This document shows positions 10,861 through 20,421 of a stretch of 64,000 bases of DNA, piece by piece (the stretch's first letter is position 1; every line of letters begins with the position of its first letter). The notes below the pieces were generated by a model that ran no database searches, was not told the origin of the DNA, and saw nothing but the letters and a program-made list of their open reading frames with translations. Location: sequence record DRR378314_1401; one strand, given 5' to 3'. The position numbers and the translations under genes are program-made.

Positions 10861-11316
10861 TCAGATATTAAAATCTGTTGGGGACGTCTGGTTTTTATCG
10901 ACTTGGCAATCCTGATCCGCTTTCAGGCATAAATCTTCCAGGGTGACATTATCCAATTGCTTCAAAAGAGCATTCTGCGCCTCCGTCCAAAGAGGGCCGA
11001 CGACCTTCCGACCAATTTCGGATGAAAATATCTGGACATCTCCGTCGGCTTCATCTGCGGCACTGATAACGCGGACAATATCGCCTGCGGTGATCCGCCG
11101 ACGCTCCCGCGCGAGGCGATAGCCACCGCGCGGCCCGCGCACTCCTTTGAGGATGCCCGCGTGAACCAGCTGCTGCATCACCTGTTCCAGATACCGCTGG
11201 GGAATACCCTGCCGCCGGGTAATTTCTTTGGATTGAACCGGATCCGGGCGGGCATTAAAGGCAATATCAACAACCGCCTCCAGCGCATACAGCATTTTCT
11301 TTGGCAAGTGTATCAT
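10861..11316 (-). CDS. Rrf2 family transcriptional regulator (CymR-like)
   Basis: RYLEQVMQQL and GVRGPRGGYRLAR motifs; lacks the three IscR cysteines; directly upstream of cysK. Confidence 0.9.
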   Translation of the reverse strand: MIHLPKKMLYALEAVVDIAFNARPDPVQSKEITRRQGIPQRYLEQVMQQLVHAGILKGVRGPRGGYRLARERRRITAGDIVRVISAADEADGDVQIFSSEIGRKVVGPLWTEAQNALLKQLDNVTLEDLCLKADQDCQVDKNQTSPTDFNI

Positions 11317-11325
11317 AAGACCCCC

Positions 11326-11784
11326 TTACCCTGCCGCCACGCCGGTGGAGCCAAAACCACCTTCACCGCGCACGGTTTCATCCAGGCTGTTCACTTCCTG
11401 CCAAACCCCTTTGGTAACCGGTGCGATCACCATCTGGGCAATTCGATCACCCCGGTTGATGACAAACTCCTGATCGCCCAGATTAATCAGGATCACCCCA
11501 ACCTCACCCCGGTAATCAGCATCAATGGTGCCCGGCGTATTGGCCAGGGAAATTCCTTTTTTCAGCGCAAGGCCCGACCGGGGCCGAACTTGAGCTTCAT
11601 ATCCCAACGGCAAAGCCATCTTGAAGCCGGTTGGCACCAACGCTCTGGCTCCGGGTTTCAGGGTTACAGGCTCAGCCACCGCTGCCCGCAAATCCATACC
11701 AGCGCTGCCTTCGGTCTCATAGGATGGCAGGGGTAGGTCTTCGCCATGGGCAAGACGGTTAATCTGGACATTTATTTCAGCCAT
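11326..11784 (-). CDS. dut: dUTP diphosphatase
   Basis: [24 protein letters not shown] and [10 protein letters not shown] motifs. Confidence 0.98.
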   Translation of the reverse strand: MAEINVQINRLAHGEDLPLPSYETEGSAGMDLRAAVAEPVTLKPGARALVPTGFKMALPLGYEAQVRPRSGLALKKGISLANTPGTIDADYRGEVGVILINLGDQEFVINRGDRIAQMVIAPVTKGVWQEVNSLDETVRGEGGFGSTGVAAG

Positions 11785-11790
11785 ACAAAT

Positions 11791-13002
11791 TTAACTTTCA
11801 AAATGAGCGGCAATTCGGGCGGCAATCAGATCTGCGATTTCCGCTTTTGATTTTCGGGGCCAGTCTTCAACCCCGCTGTGGGTGATCAAATGCACTTGAT
11901 TTTCATCACCTCCAAAGGTGCCGGTGGCTGGACTGACATCATTCGCCACGATCCAGTTGCAGCCTTTTCGCGACAATTTTGATGTCCCGTTTTCAATAAC
12001 GTTTTCCGTTTCAGCGGCAAACCCCACGACCAGTGCCGGCCGTCCCTGATCCAGGCTTGAAATGGTCGCCAGAATATCCGGGTTTTCTGTAAGCTTCAGA
12101 TCCGGAAGAGCGCCAGCCTGCTTCTTGACTTTCTGATCTGCAGCATTGGCAACCCGCCAATCCGCAACAGCCGCAGCAAAAACGGCGACATCTGCCGGTA
12201 AGGCTTTTTCAGTTGCCGCCAACATATCAGTCGCGCTTTCCACTTCAATTCGGTGCACACCAGAAGGACAGTCAAGGCGTGTTGGACCGGACACCAGCGT
12301 CACGTCCGCGCCAAGGGCCGAAAGGGACGCTGCAAGGGCATATCCCTGCTTTCCCGAGGACCGATTGGCAATATAGCGAACGGGATCAATTGGTTCATGA
12401 GTTGGGCCTGCTGTCACAACCACTTTGCGACCGGACAACGGCCCGGTCGAAGCGCCGTTCAGGATGTTGTCAATTTCTGTGGCCAGGAATGCAGGTTCTA
12501 CCATTCGGCCAGGGCCAAATTCACCGCAAGCCATATCCCCTTCATCCGGGCCAATAACCGTCAGGCCATCGGCGCGAAGCTGGTTCAAGTTTCGCTGGGT
12601 TGCGGGATGGCTCCACATGCGGACATTCATTGCCGGCGCAATCACGACCGGTTTGTCTGTTGCCAGTAACGCCGTTGTTGCCAGATCTGTTGCCAGTCCC
12701 GCCGCCATTTTCCCCATCAGATCAGCTGTCGCCGGAGCGACCACAACAAGATCGCTGCTGCGGGACAATTCAATATGTCCCATTTCCGTTTCATCAGTGA
12801 GGGAGAACAGATCGTCATAAACCTTCTCCCCGGAGAGGGCGGCCAAGGACAAAGGGGTCACGAATTCGGATCCGGCTTTGGTGAGGATTACGCGGCTTTT
12901 AATCCCTTTTTTGGAGAGCTGACGGATAAACTCCAAACATTTATAGGCCGCAATACCGCCGCCAATGATCAACAGCACTGATTTTTGAGAACTCACGGTC
13001 AC
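11791..13002 (-). CDS. coaBC: Phosphopantothenoylcysteine decarboxylase/ligase
   Basis: GGIAAYK, APAMNVRMW, TAGPTHEPIDPVRYIANRSSGKQG and GFAAETE motifs. Confidence 0.97.
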   Translation of the reverse strand: MTVSSQKSVLLIIGGGIAAYKCLEFIRQLSKKGIKSRVILTKAGSEFVTPLSLAALSGEKVYDDLFSLTDETEMGHIELSRSSDLVVVAPATADLMGKMAAGLATDLATTALLATDKPVVIAPAMNVRMWSHPATQRNLNQLRADGLTVIGPDEGDMACGEFGPGRMVEPAFLATEIDNILNGASTGPLSGRKVVVTAGPTHEPIDPVRYIANRSSGKQGYALAASLSALGADVTLVSGPTRLDCPSGVHRIEVESATDMLAATEKALPADVAVFAAAVADWRVANAADQKVKKQAGALPDLKLTENPDILATISSLDQGRPALVVGFAAETENVIENGTSKLSRKGCNWIVANDVSPATGTFGGDENQVHLITHSGVEDWPRKSKAEIADLIAARIAAHFES

Positions 13003-13084
13003 CCACCAATTTCACCAATTTTTTATGTGAATAAAATAGTAACCGTAAGTTTTTTGTGCAAGCTCTAATTTCCGAAGCCGCTGA

Positions 13085-14692
13085 TTATATTTGCAATAAC
13101 AGAAAAAAAGCGGCCGCACCGGTGACAATTCCCGCAATGAAAATCCAACCCTCAGCCAGCGACGTTTCCCGTCGGGTCGGCTCCTCTTTACCGCCGACTT
13201 TCTCGGCGGCTGCCTCCAGCCGGTCCAGTAAATGATCCGCTTTCGTAACCAGCGCCGGTAGCTTCTGCGCAAAAGAAAGGCCATCTTTCACAATCTGGGC
13301 GGCTTTCGCTTCAGGTCCCATATTTTCCCGCATCCAGGCTTCCACCGTGGGATGAGACACTTCCCAAAAATTCACATTCGGGTTCATGCTTTGTGCAACA
13401 CCCTCTGCGGTGACCATTGTTTTTTGCAACAAAAGCAACTGCGGCTGGGTTTCCATCTCAAAGGTTTCCGTGATCTGAAACAGTTGAACCAGCAGCCGCG
13501 CAATGGAAATCTCACTGACCGGTTTTCCAAGAATCGGCTCCCCGATGGAGCGGCAGGCCTGCGTAAAAGCATCCATGGATTTAGTGGCCGGAACATAACC
13601 GGCTTCGAAATGCACCTCAGCAGCGCGGCGATAATCGCCGATTAAAAACGCATACAGCATTTCCGCCATAAACAGGCGGGTCTGGTGATCCATTCGGCCC
13701 ATGATGCCAAAATCCACCGCTACAAGAACACCATCATCCCGCACAAACAGATTACCATGATGCATATCCGCATGGAAAAACCCGTCGCGCAATACCTGGT
13801 CCAGGAAAACCCGAATGACGGTGGCCGACACCTTCTCAAGATCATGTCCGGCGGCAACCAGTTCGGCATGCCGCGACAGACTGATACCTTCGATCCGTTC
13901 CTGCGTCATGACCCGTTTTGCGGTGCGCGGCCAATCAATCCTCGGAACCGCAAAGTCCGGATCTCCTGCAAAATTTTCAGCGATTTCTGCCGCCGCAGCC
14001 CCCTCCAGCCGTAAATCCATCTCAAGCGAGACAGAATGCTCCAGAATTTCCACAATTTTCCGAAGCCGCAAGCGCCGAAACGCAGGCTGGAAACGCTCCA
14101 CCAGATCTGCAATCCAGAAGAAAAGCCGTAAATCCCGTTGAAACGCCTCCTCAATTCCGGGGCGCAGCACTTTCACGGCAACTTTCCGCCTTTCCGTCAG
14201 GGTCGCTTCTAGGTTTTCCTCTGTGGGGGCGGGAAAGGTTTCCTCAATCTCGGCAAAGTGAACCTGCGCGATGGAGGCAGCGGCAACCGGTTCATTTTCA
14301 AAAGACGTAAACAGATCTGAAAGCTTCCCTTCCAGCTCATATTCAATTGTCTCTTTCGCTTCTTCAAAGGAAAAGGGCGGCAGCCGGTCGCGTAAATTCC
14401 CAAGATCCAGCGTAATTTCTTCGCCCAACAGATCAGAGCGAACAGAAAGCGCCTGCCCCAGTTTAATAAAACTGGGTCCCAATTCGCGAAGCGCCTCGGC
14501 CAGCCGTTCCCCTTTGCGCAAATGCTTGGACGATTTACTGCCAATGGCAAAAACAGGTAAAATCATCAAACCGATTTTGACCAGAACCGGCGCTTTTTCC
14601 AGTTCGCTCACCAAAAACAACGCATCATGACGGGCGAGGATCCGGACCACCCGCAACAACTGGAAAAAATTAGAAAAGAGATTAATCACCAA
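13085..14692 (-). CDS. ubiB: Ubiquinone biosynthesis protein kinase-like UbiB
   Basis: LGPSFIKLGQ, AAASIAQVH, VAVKVLRP, FFHADMHHGN and DFGIMG motifs; downstream of ubiE. Confidence 0.96.
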   Translation of the reverse strand: MVINLFSNFFQLLRVVRILARHDALFLVSELEKAPVLVKIGLMILPVFAIGSKSSKHLRKGERLAEALRELGPSFIKLGQALSVRSDLLGEEITLDLGNLRDRLPPFSFEEAKETIEYELEGKLSDLFTSFENEPVAAASIAQVHFAEIEETFPAPTEENLEATLTERRKVAVKVLRPGIEEAFQRDLRLFFWIADLVERFQPAFRRLRLRKIVEILEHSVSLEMDLRLEGAAAAEIAENFAGDPDFAVPRIDWPRTAKRVMTQERIEGISLSRHAELVAAGHDLEKVSATVIRVFLDQVLRDGFFHADMHHGNLFVRDDGVLVAVDFGIMGRMDHQTRLFMAEMLYAFLIGDYRRAAEVHFEAGYVPATKSMDAFTQACRSIGEPILGKPVSEISIARLLVQLFQITETFEMETQPQLLLLQKTMVTAEGVAQSMNPNVNFWEVSHPTVEAWMRENMGPEAKAAQIVKDGLSFAQKLPALVTKADHLLDRLEAAAEKVGGKEEPTRRETSLAEGWIFIAGIVTGAAAFFLLLQI

Positions 14693-14698
14693 CGCCCC

Positions 14699-15487
14699 CT
14701 ATATCCGCCATGCGGAATGGATCGCAGCGATACCTCCTGAAAGAACACGATATTTCACCTGACCCAGGCCCGCCTCCTCAATCATCTTCTGAAATCTGTT
14801 CGGATCGGGAAAACGCCGGATACTCTCAACCAGATACTTATAGGATGCCTCATCTTTGGCAACAGCGCCGCCAATTTTGGGTAGGATCTTAAAGGAATAA
14901 AGATCATAAAATTCTTTCAGGATCGGCATGGTGACCTTGCTAAATTCCAGACACATAAAACGCCCCCCTGGCTTGAGAACCCGGCGGGCTTCCTTCAACG
15001 CAGCGGGAATATCGGTCACATTGCGAATCCCAAAGGCAATTGTGTAGGCATCAACCGACTTATCCGGCAGCGGCAGGGCCATGGCATCCCCATTGACCCA
15101 GTCATACCCCGTGAGTCGCCCTTGATCCAGGGCGCGATCCTGGCCAACCGATAACATCGCGTGATTTATGTCCAGGACCGTGACCTTCGCATTTCCCTGA
15201 ACCCGATCCATAAATTTAAACGCCACATCACCGGTTCCCCCGGCAACATCCAGCAGATGCTGACCCGGCTGGGGGTTTAGCCAATCGATCATGGCGGCTT
15301 TCCAAAGGCGGTGCACCCCACCGCTCATCAAATCATTCATCAGGTCGTAATTTTCAGCGACGCTGTCAAAAACACCCCGAACAAGGCCTGCTTTTTCGGT
15401 GACCGGGACATCCTGAAATCCGAAATGGGTTGTCTTTTTGTCAGGACCAGAGGAGGTGGAGGCTTTGTTCTCTTCTGTCGATGTCAT
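14699..15487 (-). CDS. ubiE: Ubiquinone/menaquinone C-methyltransferase
   Basis: [26 protein letters not shown] and [10 protein letters not shown] motifs. Confidence 0.97.
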   Translation of the reverse strand: MTSTEENKASTSSGPDKKTTHFGFQDVPVTEKAGLVRGVFDSVAENYDLMNDLMSGGVHRLWKAAMIDWLNPQPGQHLLDVAGGTGDVAFKFMDRVQGNAKVTVLDINHAMLSVGQDRALDQGRLTGYDWVNGDAMALPLPDKSVDAYTIAFGIRNVTDIPAALKEARRVLKPGGRFMCLEFSKVTMPILKEFYDLYSFKILPKIGGAVAKDEASYKYLVESIRRFPDPNRFQKMIEEAGLGQVKYRVLSGGIAAIHSAWRI

Positions 15488-15578
15488 TTAAGTCCTCAAT
15501 TCGATGGCAGGATTGGCATCTTGTTTTGCTTAAAATAAGACCATAGCGCAAGTCTCTATTTAGGTCTAATCTCCGGAT

Positions 15579-16409
15579 ATGCCAGAATTACCTGAAGTCG
15601 AAACAGTCGTTCGGGGCCTGGAACAGGCTCTGTTGAATGATCAGTTCACCAAAATCACCCTAAACCGGCCCGATCTTCGGTTTCCGTTTGATCCGGATTT
15701 TGCGGCCTTATTGACCGGAAAACCCATCCGCGCGATCACACGCCGGGCGAAATACCTGTTGCTGACATTGGAGGATGGAACCGTCCTCATCGGCCATTTG
15801 GGCATGTCCGGTAGTTTTCGGATCGAAACGATGCAGGCAACTGATCTGGACAAGCATGATCATATCGTCTTTGAGACGGAAAAAGGTATGCGCGTTCGCT
15901 ATCATGATCCGCGCCGTTTCGGCTTTATGCTGCTGACCACCCTGATGGAAATGGACAGTCACCCGCAATTAAAAAGCATTGGCCCTGAACCGCTTGGCAA
16001 TGAATTTAGCGGGCCTGTCCTGAGCGCCGCTCTTAAAGGGCGCAAAGGCCCGATAAAAACAGCGTTACTGGATCAAAAAGTGGTCGCCGGGGTTGGTAAT
16101 ATTTATGCGTGCGAGGCGCTCTATCGGGCCAGGATATCCCCAAAACGAAGCGCTGGAACTATTGCTGGTAAGCGCGCGGAAAGATTGTCCGCTGCAATTA
16201 AACAGGTATTGCTGGAAGCCATCGAATCTGGGGGATCAACGCTTAGAAACTACAGTAATACCAACGGGGAACTTGGGTATTTCCAACACCGCTTTCAGGT
16301 TTATGATCAGGAAGGCAAACCCTGCCCAACCGCAAACTGTCCGCACCCCATTAAGCGAATTGTCCAATCCGGGCGTTCGACTTTCTATTGTTCCACCTGT
16401 CAGAGATAA
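15579..16409 (+). CDS. mutM: Formamidopyrimidine-DNA glycosylase
   Basis: N-terminal MPELPEVE, HLGMSG, GVGNIYACEAL and a C-terminal zinc finger. Confidence 0.98.
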   Translation: MPELPEVETVVRGLEQALLNDQFTKITLNRPDLRFPFDPDFAALLTGKPIRAITRRAKYLLLTLEDGTVLIGHLGMSGSFRIETMQATDLDKHDHIVFETEKGMRVRYHDPRRFGFMLLTTLMEMDSHPQLKSIGPEPLGNEFSGPVLSAALKGRKGPIKTALLDQKVVAGVGNIYACEALYRARISPKRSAGTIAGKRAERLSAAIKQVLLEAIESGGSTLRNYSNTNGELGYFQHRFQVYDQEGKPCPTANCPHPIKRIVQSGRSTFYCSTCQR

Positions 16410-16554
16410 CCAATTGAAGATCGGGTTTCAGATCACTAAATATCTGGACAATCTGAAAGCCGGATAGATAATGGCGGCTGCAATTTCAGGGTCGATATCA
16501 TTCCGCCAATACCCGCGTGATATCCACCCTTTCATTTAATCAAGGGAGCTGACA

Positions 16555-17331
16555 ATGGCTTACAATAACATAATTGTCGAAACACAGGGTGAGGTTGGAC
16601 TTATCCGTCTGAACCGGCCAAAGGCGCTCAACGCTCTGTGTCAGGAACTCACCGAAGAGATGGGCGAAGCCCTTAAAGGATTTGAAGCTGATGAGGCCAT
16701 TGGCGCCATCGTCATTACCGGCTCAGAAAAAGCCTTCGCTGCGGGTGCTGATATTAAGGAAATGAAAGACCGCACCTATATGGATGTCTATTTAAATGAC
16801 TTCATTACAGCTACTTGGGAAGAAGTGCCGCGCTGCCGCAAACCTGTGATTGCCGCTGTTGCCGGATATGCCCTGGGCGGGGGCTGTGAACTTGCCATGA
16901 TGTGTGACTTTATTATTTGCGCCGACAACGCCAAGTTCGGCCAGCCGGAAATTAAGCTGGGGACAATCCCCGGTGCTGGCGGCACCCAGCGTCTGACCCG
17001 CTTTGTCGGTAAATCAAAAGCCATGGATATGTGCCTGACCGGCCGCTACATGGACGCCGAAGAAGCGGAACGGTCCGGTCTTGTCAGCCGTGTCGTCCCT
17101 GTCGACGACCTGATGGATGAAGCGATGAAGGTTGCCTCTACCATTGCTGAAATGTCTCGCCCGGTTACCATGATCTGTAAAGAGAGTGTCAACAAGGCCT
17201 ACGAGACCACGTTGAAAGAGGGAATCATGTTTGAACGCCGGGTTTTCCACTCAACTTTCGCAACAGAAGATCAGAAGGAAGGAATGGCCGCGTTTGCTGA
17301 AAAGCGGTCCCCGGCCTTTAAAAACAAGTAA
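16555..17331 (+). CDS. Enoyl-CoA hydratase
   Basis: [24 protein letters not shown] and FGQPEIKLG crotonase motifs. Confidence 0.95.
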   Translation: MAYNNIIVETQGEVGLIRLNRPKALNALCQELTEEMGEALKGFEADEAIGAIVITGSEKAFAAGADIKEMKDRTYMDVYLNDFITATWEEVPRCRKPVIAAVAGYALGGGCELAMMCDFIICADNAKFGQPEIKLGTIPGAGGTQRLTRFVGKSKAMDMCLTGRYMDAEEAERSGLVSRVVPVDDLMDEAMKVASTIAEMSRPVTMICKESVNKAYETTLKEGIMFERRVFHSTFATEDQKEGMAAFAEKRSPAFKNK

Positions 17332-17419
17332 TTCTGAGAGAAAACCAGGCTTCGCGGTCCGGTTTTTCAGGAAAAAATCAAAATTTGCCCCTTTCTGCCG
17401 GTTTTTACAGATTCTCCTG

Positions 17420-17448
17420 TTGACGGCAGAAAGATGGCTAGTTATAAC
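17420..17448 (+). promoter_or_regulatory. Sigma-70-type promoter of rpsT
   Basis: TTGACG-N17-TATAAC ending 38 bp upstream of the rpsT start. Confidence 0.75.
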
Positions 17449-17486
17449 CCGGCTTCCGAATTTCGAAGCTAATGTACAGGATTGTC

Positions 17487-17753
17487 ATGGCGAACCATAA
17501 ATCAGCTCACAAGCGGATCCGGCAGACAGAAACCCGCACAGATCGTAACCGTGCACGTCGCAGCCGCATTCGTACTTTCGTCAAGAAAGTAGAAACTGCC
17601 ATTACTGCAGGTGATCAGACCGTAGCAAACGAAGCACTTCGCACTGCTCAGTCTGAATTATCTCGTGGCGTTACGAAGGGTATCCTCAAGCCGAATACTG
17701 CAGCCCGCAAAATTTCTCGCTTGAACGCCCGGGTAAAAACCCTGTCCGCATAA
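17487..17753 (+). CDS. rpsT: 30S ribosomal protein S20
   Basis: [14 protein letters not shown]...[10 protein letters not shown]; start trimmed to ATG 17487. Confidence 0.98.
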   Translation: MANHKSAHKRIRQTETRTDRNRARRSRIRTFVKKVETAITAGDQTVANEALRTAQSELSRGVTKGILKPNTAARKISRLNARVKTLSA

Positions 17754-17774
17754 TACCGTTCAGGATCGAGAATC

Positions 17775-17810
17775 AAGCCGTTACCCAATGGTCGGGAGCG
17801 GCTTTTTTTT
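17775..17810 (+). terminator. Intrinsic terminator after rpsT
   Basis: AAGCCGTT...AGCGGC stem followed by a T8 tract. Confidence 0.8.
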
Positions 17811-17975
17811 CGCCTTATTGGTGCTCTTTGGCGACGTTATTAATCAATCAATTTTTCAACATATTTTATTATTTTAGAATTTTTTGATGGAACTAACTAG
17901 ATCTAGTAGGTCAAGAACTTCTTCTGTCAATTAGGTCTTTTATTTTACAGAAATCCGAGTTGCCCGTCTTGCATC

Positions 17976-17984
17976 TGTGGATAA
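17976..17984 (-). promoter_or_regulatory. Perfect DnaA box upstream of the rhodanese-dnaA unit
   Basis: TGTGGATAA is the reverse complement of TTATCCACA; consistent with dnaA autoregulation. Confidence 0.7.
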
Positions 17985-18236
17985 GTTGCGATTAAATTCT
18001 CCGTCATTGGGAGTACAAACAGACACTTGATAGTCACATCGTGTGGTTTGGATCAGACTTCGACGTTTCACCTGTCGCAAGCCTGCTCTGGAAGACCTGA
18101 AACCACGCTTCTTCACTATCAATTTCAAACTACCATTTTGGTCTGGAACCTGCGGATTTCTGCAGGTTGGGGATCATTTTAACTTTGAACACCGTTTGTC
18201 AGGAAGGCCAACACAATAATGACGACATCAGGAACC

Positions 18237-18665
18237 ATGACGGCTCAAAAAGAGTATGCTGGTGATCTCTCCCCGCAGGACGCGTGGGAGTTTCTCAAGA
18301 CAAACTCCGGGGCCATTCTTGTTGATGTTCGCACCAATGCCGAATGGGCATTTGTTGGAATTCCCGATCTCTCTGCTTTAGGCAAAAACTGTCATATGAT
18401 TTCTTGGGTTTTGTTTCCGGATATGTCCCCCAACGCTGCATTTCTAGATCGGATTAGAGATGCCCAGGCTGACAAAACACAACCAATCCTGTTTCTGTGC
18501 CGTTCAGGTGTGCGATCAATCGCTGCCGCAGTTGCCGCAACCCAAGACGGGTTTGAGAACTGCTACAACATCCTGGAAGGCTTTGAAGGTGACCATGATG
18601 TGCACGGTCATCGCGGAAATATGGGCGGGTGGAAAAAGCGCGATCTGGATTGGAAGCAAAACTAG
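18237..18665 (+). CDS. Single-domain rhodanese (sulfurtransferase)
   Basis: LVDVRTNAEW, active-site loop CRSGVRS, NILEGFEG and GWK motifs. AGGA RBS before ATG 18237 (alternative start 18219). Confidence 0.92.
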   Translation: MTAQKEYAGDLSPQDAWEFLKTNSGAILVDVRTNAEWAFVGIPDLSALGKNCHMISWVLFPDMSPNAAFLDRIRDAQADKTQPILFLCRSGVRSIAAAVAATQDGFENCYNILEGFEGDHDVHGHRGNMGGWKKRDLDWKQN

Positions 18666-18667
18666 CG

Positions 18668-20131
18668 ATGGCAACTGGGGAAATGGTCAACAACTTGTCC
18701 ACTGAACACAAAGAAGTGTGGGTTCACATCCAAGACAGCCTGCGAGCTGAATATGGGGATGCCACATATAATTCCTGGCTGAAAAATATCGAACTGGAAA
18801 CGATCCGGAACGGGCATGTCATTATGACCTTGCCAACGAAATTCCTGCGCGACTGGGTCATCAATAATTATGCCAATCGCATCCGTCAACTGTGGTGCCT
18901 GAAAAAGGCAGACATTCAGTCCATTGATATCCATGTTCGGGAAATGCAGCCCGCCAAGGTCGAAGAAAGCCCGGGAACCTTTGCCCCCGCCACTCCCAAT
19001 CTCAATGGTCATGCGCAAAATGGGCGCACAAATGGCAATTCGAACGGGGCCAACGGGATGAACGGGATCGATCGTTCCAATGGCAATGCAGAGGCAAATG
19101 GCAATCTGAAATCGCAACTGGATCCGCGCTTTACCTTTGAAAATTTCGTCGTCGGTAAATCCAACGAACTGGCACATGCTGCCGCCCGTCGGGTTGCCGA
19201 AGCCAATGACAGTATTCCCTTTAACCCGCTATATCTTTACGGCGGCGTTGGACTTGGTAAAACCCATCTGATGCACGCCATTGGACACGCCATTGCCGAT
19301 AACAGTCCCCAAAAGAAGGTTCTGTATCTATCGGCTGAAAAGTTCATGTTCCGCTTCATCAGTGCCCTTCGCTATAAGGACACCATGAATTTCAAAGAGC
19401 AATTTCGCTCCGTTGATGTGTTGATGATTGACGATGTGCAGTTCATTTCAGGCAAAGAATCCACTCAGGAAGAATTTTTCCATACCTTTAATGCCCTGGT
19501 CGACCAAAACCATCAGATCATTATTTCCGGTGACCGCTCGCCCACAGACCTGGAAGGCATGGAAGAGCGAATGCGCTCCCGCCTCGGCTGGGGACTGGTC
19601 GCAGATATTCACCCAACCGACTATGAACTGCGCCTTGGTATCCTACAGTCCAAGGTTGAGCAGGGGAATATTTCCATAGATCCGAACATTCTGGAGTTTC
19701 TGGCCCACAAAATCACGTCCAATGTGCGCGAACTGGAGGGGGCGCTGAACCGGGTGCTGGCCTATTCTGAGCTGGTTGGCCGTTCTGTGACCCTGGAAAG
19801 CACCCAGGAAGTCCTCCGCGATCTTCTCAGGGCCAATGATCGCCGCACCACCATCGAAGAAATCCAGAAAAAAGTTGCTGAGCATTTCAACATTCGAATG
19901 TCAGACATGCATTCTGCAAGACGGGCCCGGGCAGTTGCCAGACCCCGGCAGGTCGCCATGTATCTTGCCAAACAGCTGACAAGCCGATCCTTGCCGGAAA
20001 TTGGCCGGAAATTTGGCGGGCGCGACCATACAACCGTTATGCATGCCGTGCGCAAGATTGACGAGTTGCGTGCGGATGACAACTCGTTGGCTGAGGATAT
20101 TGATCTGTTACGCCGGATGCTGGAAAACTGA
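18668..20131 (+). CDS. dnaA: Chromosomal replication initiator DnaA
   Basis: FENFVVGKSN, YGGVGLGKTHL, IDDVQF and GGRDHTTVMHA motifs. Likely start ATG 18668, 2 nt after the rhodanese stop. Confidence 0.98.
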   Translation: MATGEMVNNLSTEHKEVWVHIQDSLRAEYGDATYNSWLKNIELETIRNGHVIMTLPTKFLRDWVINNYANRIRQLWCLKKADIQSIDIHVREMQPAKVEESPGTFAPATPNLNGHAQNGRTNGNSNGANGMNGIDRSNGNAEANGNLKSQLDPRFTFENFVVGKSNELAHAAARRVAEANDSIPFNPLYLYGGVGLGKTHLMHAIGHAIADNSPQKKVLYLSAEKFMFRFISALRYKDTMNFKEQFRSVDVLMIDDVQFISGKESTQEEFFHTFNALVDQNHQIIISGDRSPTDLEGMEERMRSRLGWGLVADIHPTDYELRLGILQSKVEQGNISIDPNILEFLAHKITSNVRELEGALNRVLAYSELVGRSVTLESTQEVLRDLLRANDRRTTIEEIQKKVAEHFNIRMSDMHSARRARAVARPRQVAMYLAKQLTSRSLPEIGRKFGGRDHTTVMHAVRKIDELRADDNSLAEDIDLLRRMLEN

Positions 20132-20421
20132 TCCTGACCTCCTCAGAATCCCCTTAAAACCCTATAGATTTCAGCGCCTTTCTGCGTTTCTCAGAGACAT
20201 CGAATTGCATAGGCATGGGCAATTACATCTGATATAGTCAGCCTCAGATTTTTTAAGTTTGGAAAGTGGGAAAACCACGCTGCGATTCATTTTTTAGAAT
20301 CAACCTCTTAACAGCTGGTTTTTCGTTTTCGAATCGGGGATAATAATGTTGATGTGGAGCACCAAAATCGGGCATTATGGGGCTTCCGCTTTAGGGAAAA
20401 ACAGAAAGTCTAGTTGAACCT

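Noticed and set aside
13012..13284. 90-aa minus-strand ORF overlapping the end of ubiB
   Set aside because: Alternative frame of ubiB with no recognisable motif or RBS.
15514..15530. Sigma-54-like TGGCA...TTGC upstream of mutM
   Set aside because: Spacing is GG-N11-GC rather than the required GG-N10-GC.
18629..18667. N-terminal extension of DnaA overlapping the rhodanese gene, or a rhodanese-DnaA frameshift fusion
   Set aside because: No convincing slippery site or RBS; ATG 18668 right after the stop is the simpler start.
20132..20421. oriC in the dnaA-dnaN spacer
   Set aside because: No DnaA boxes here; the box cluster is next to hemE.
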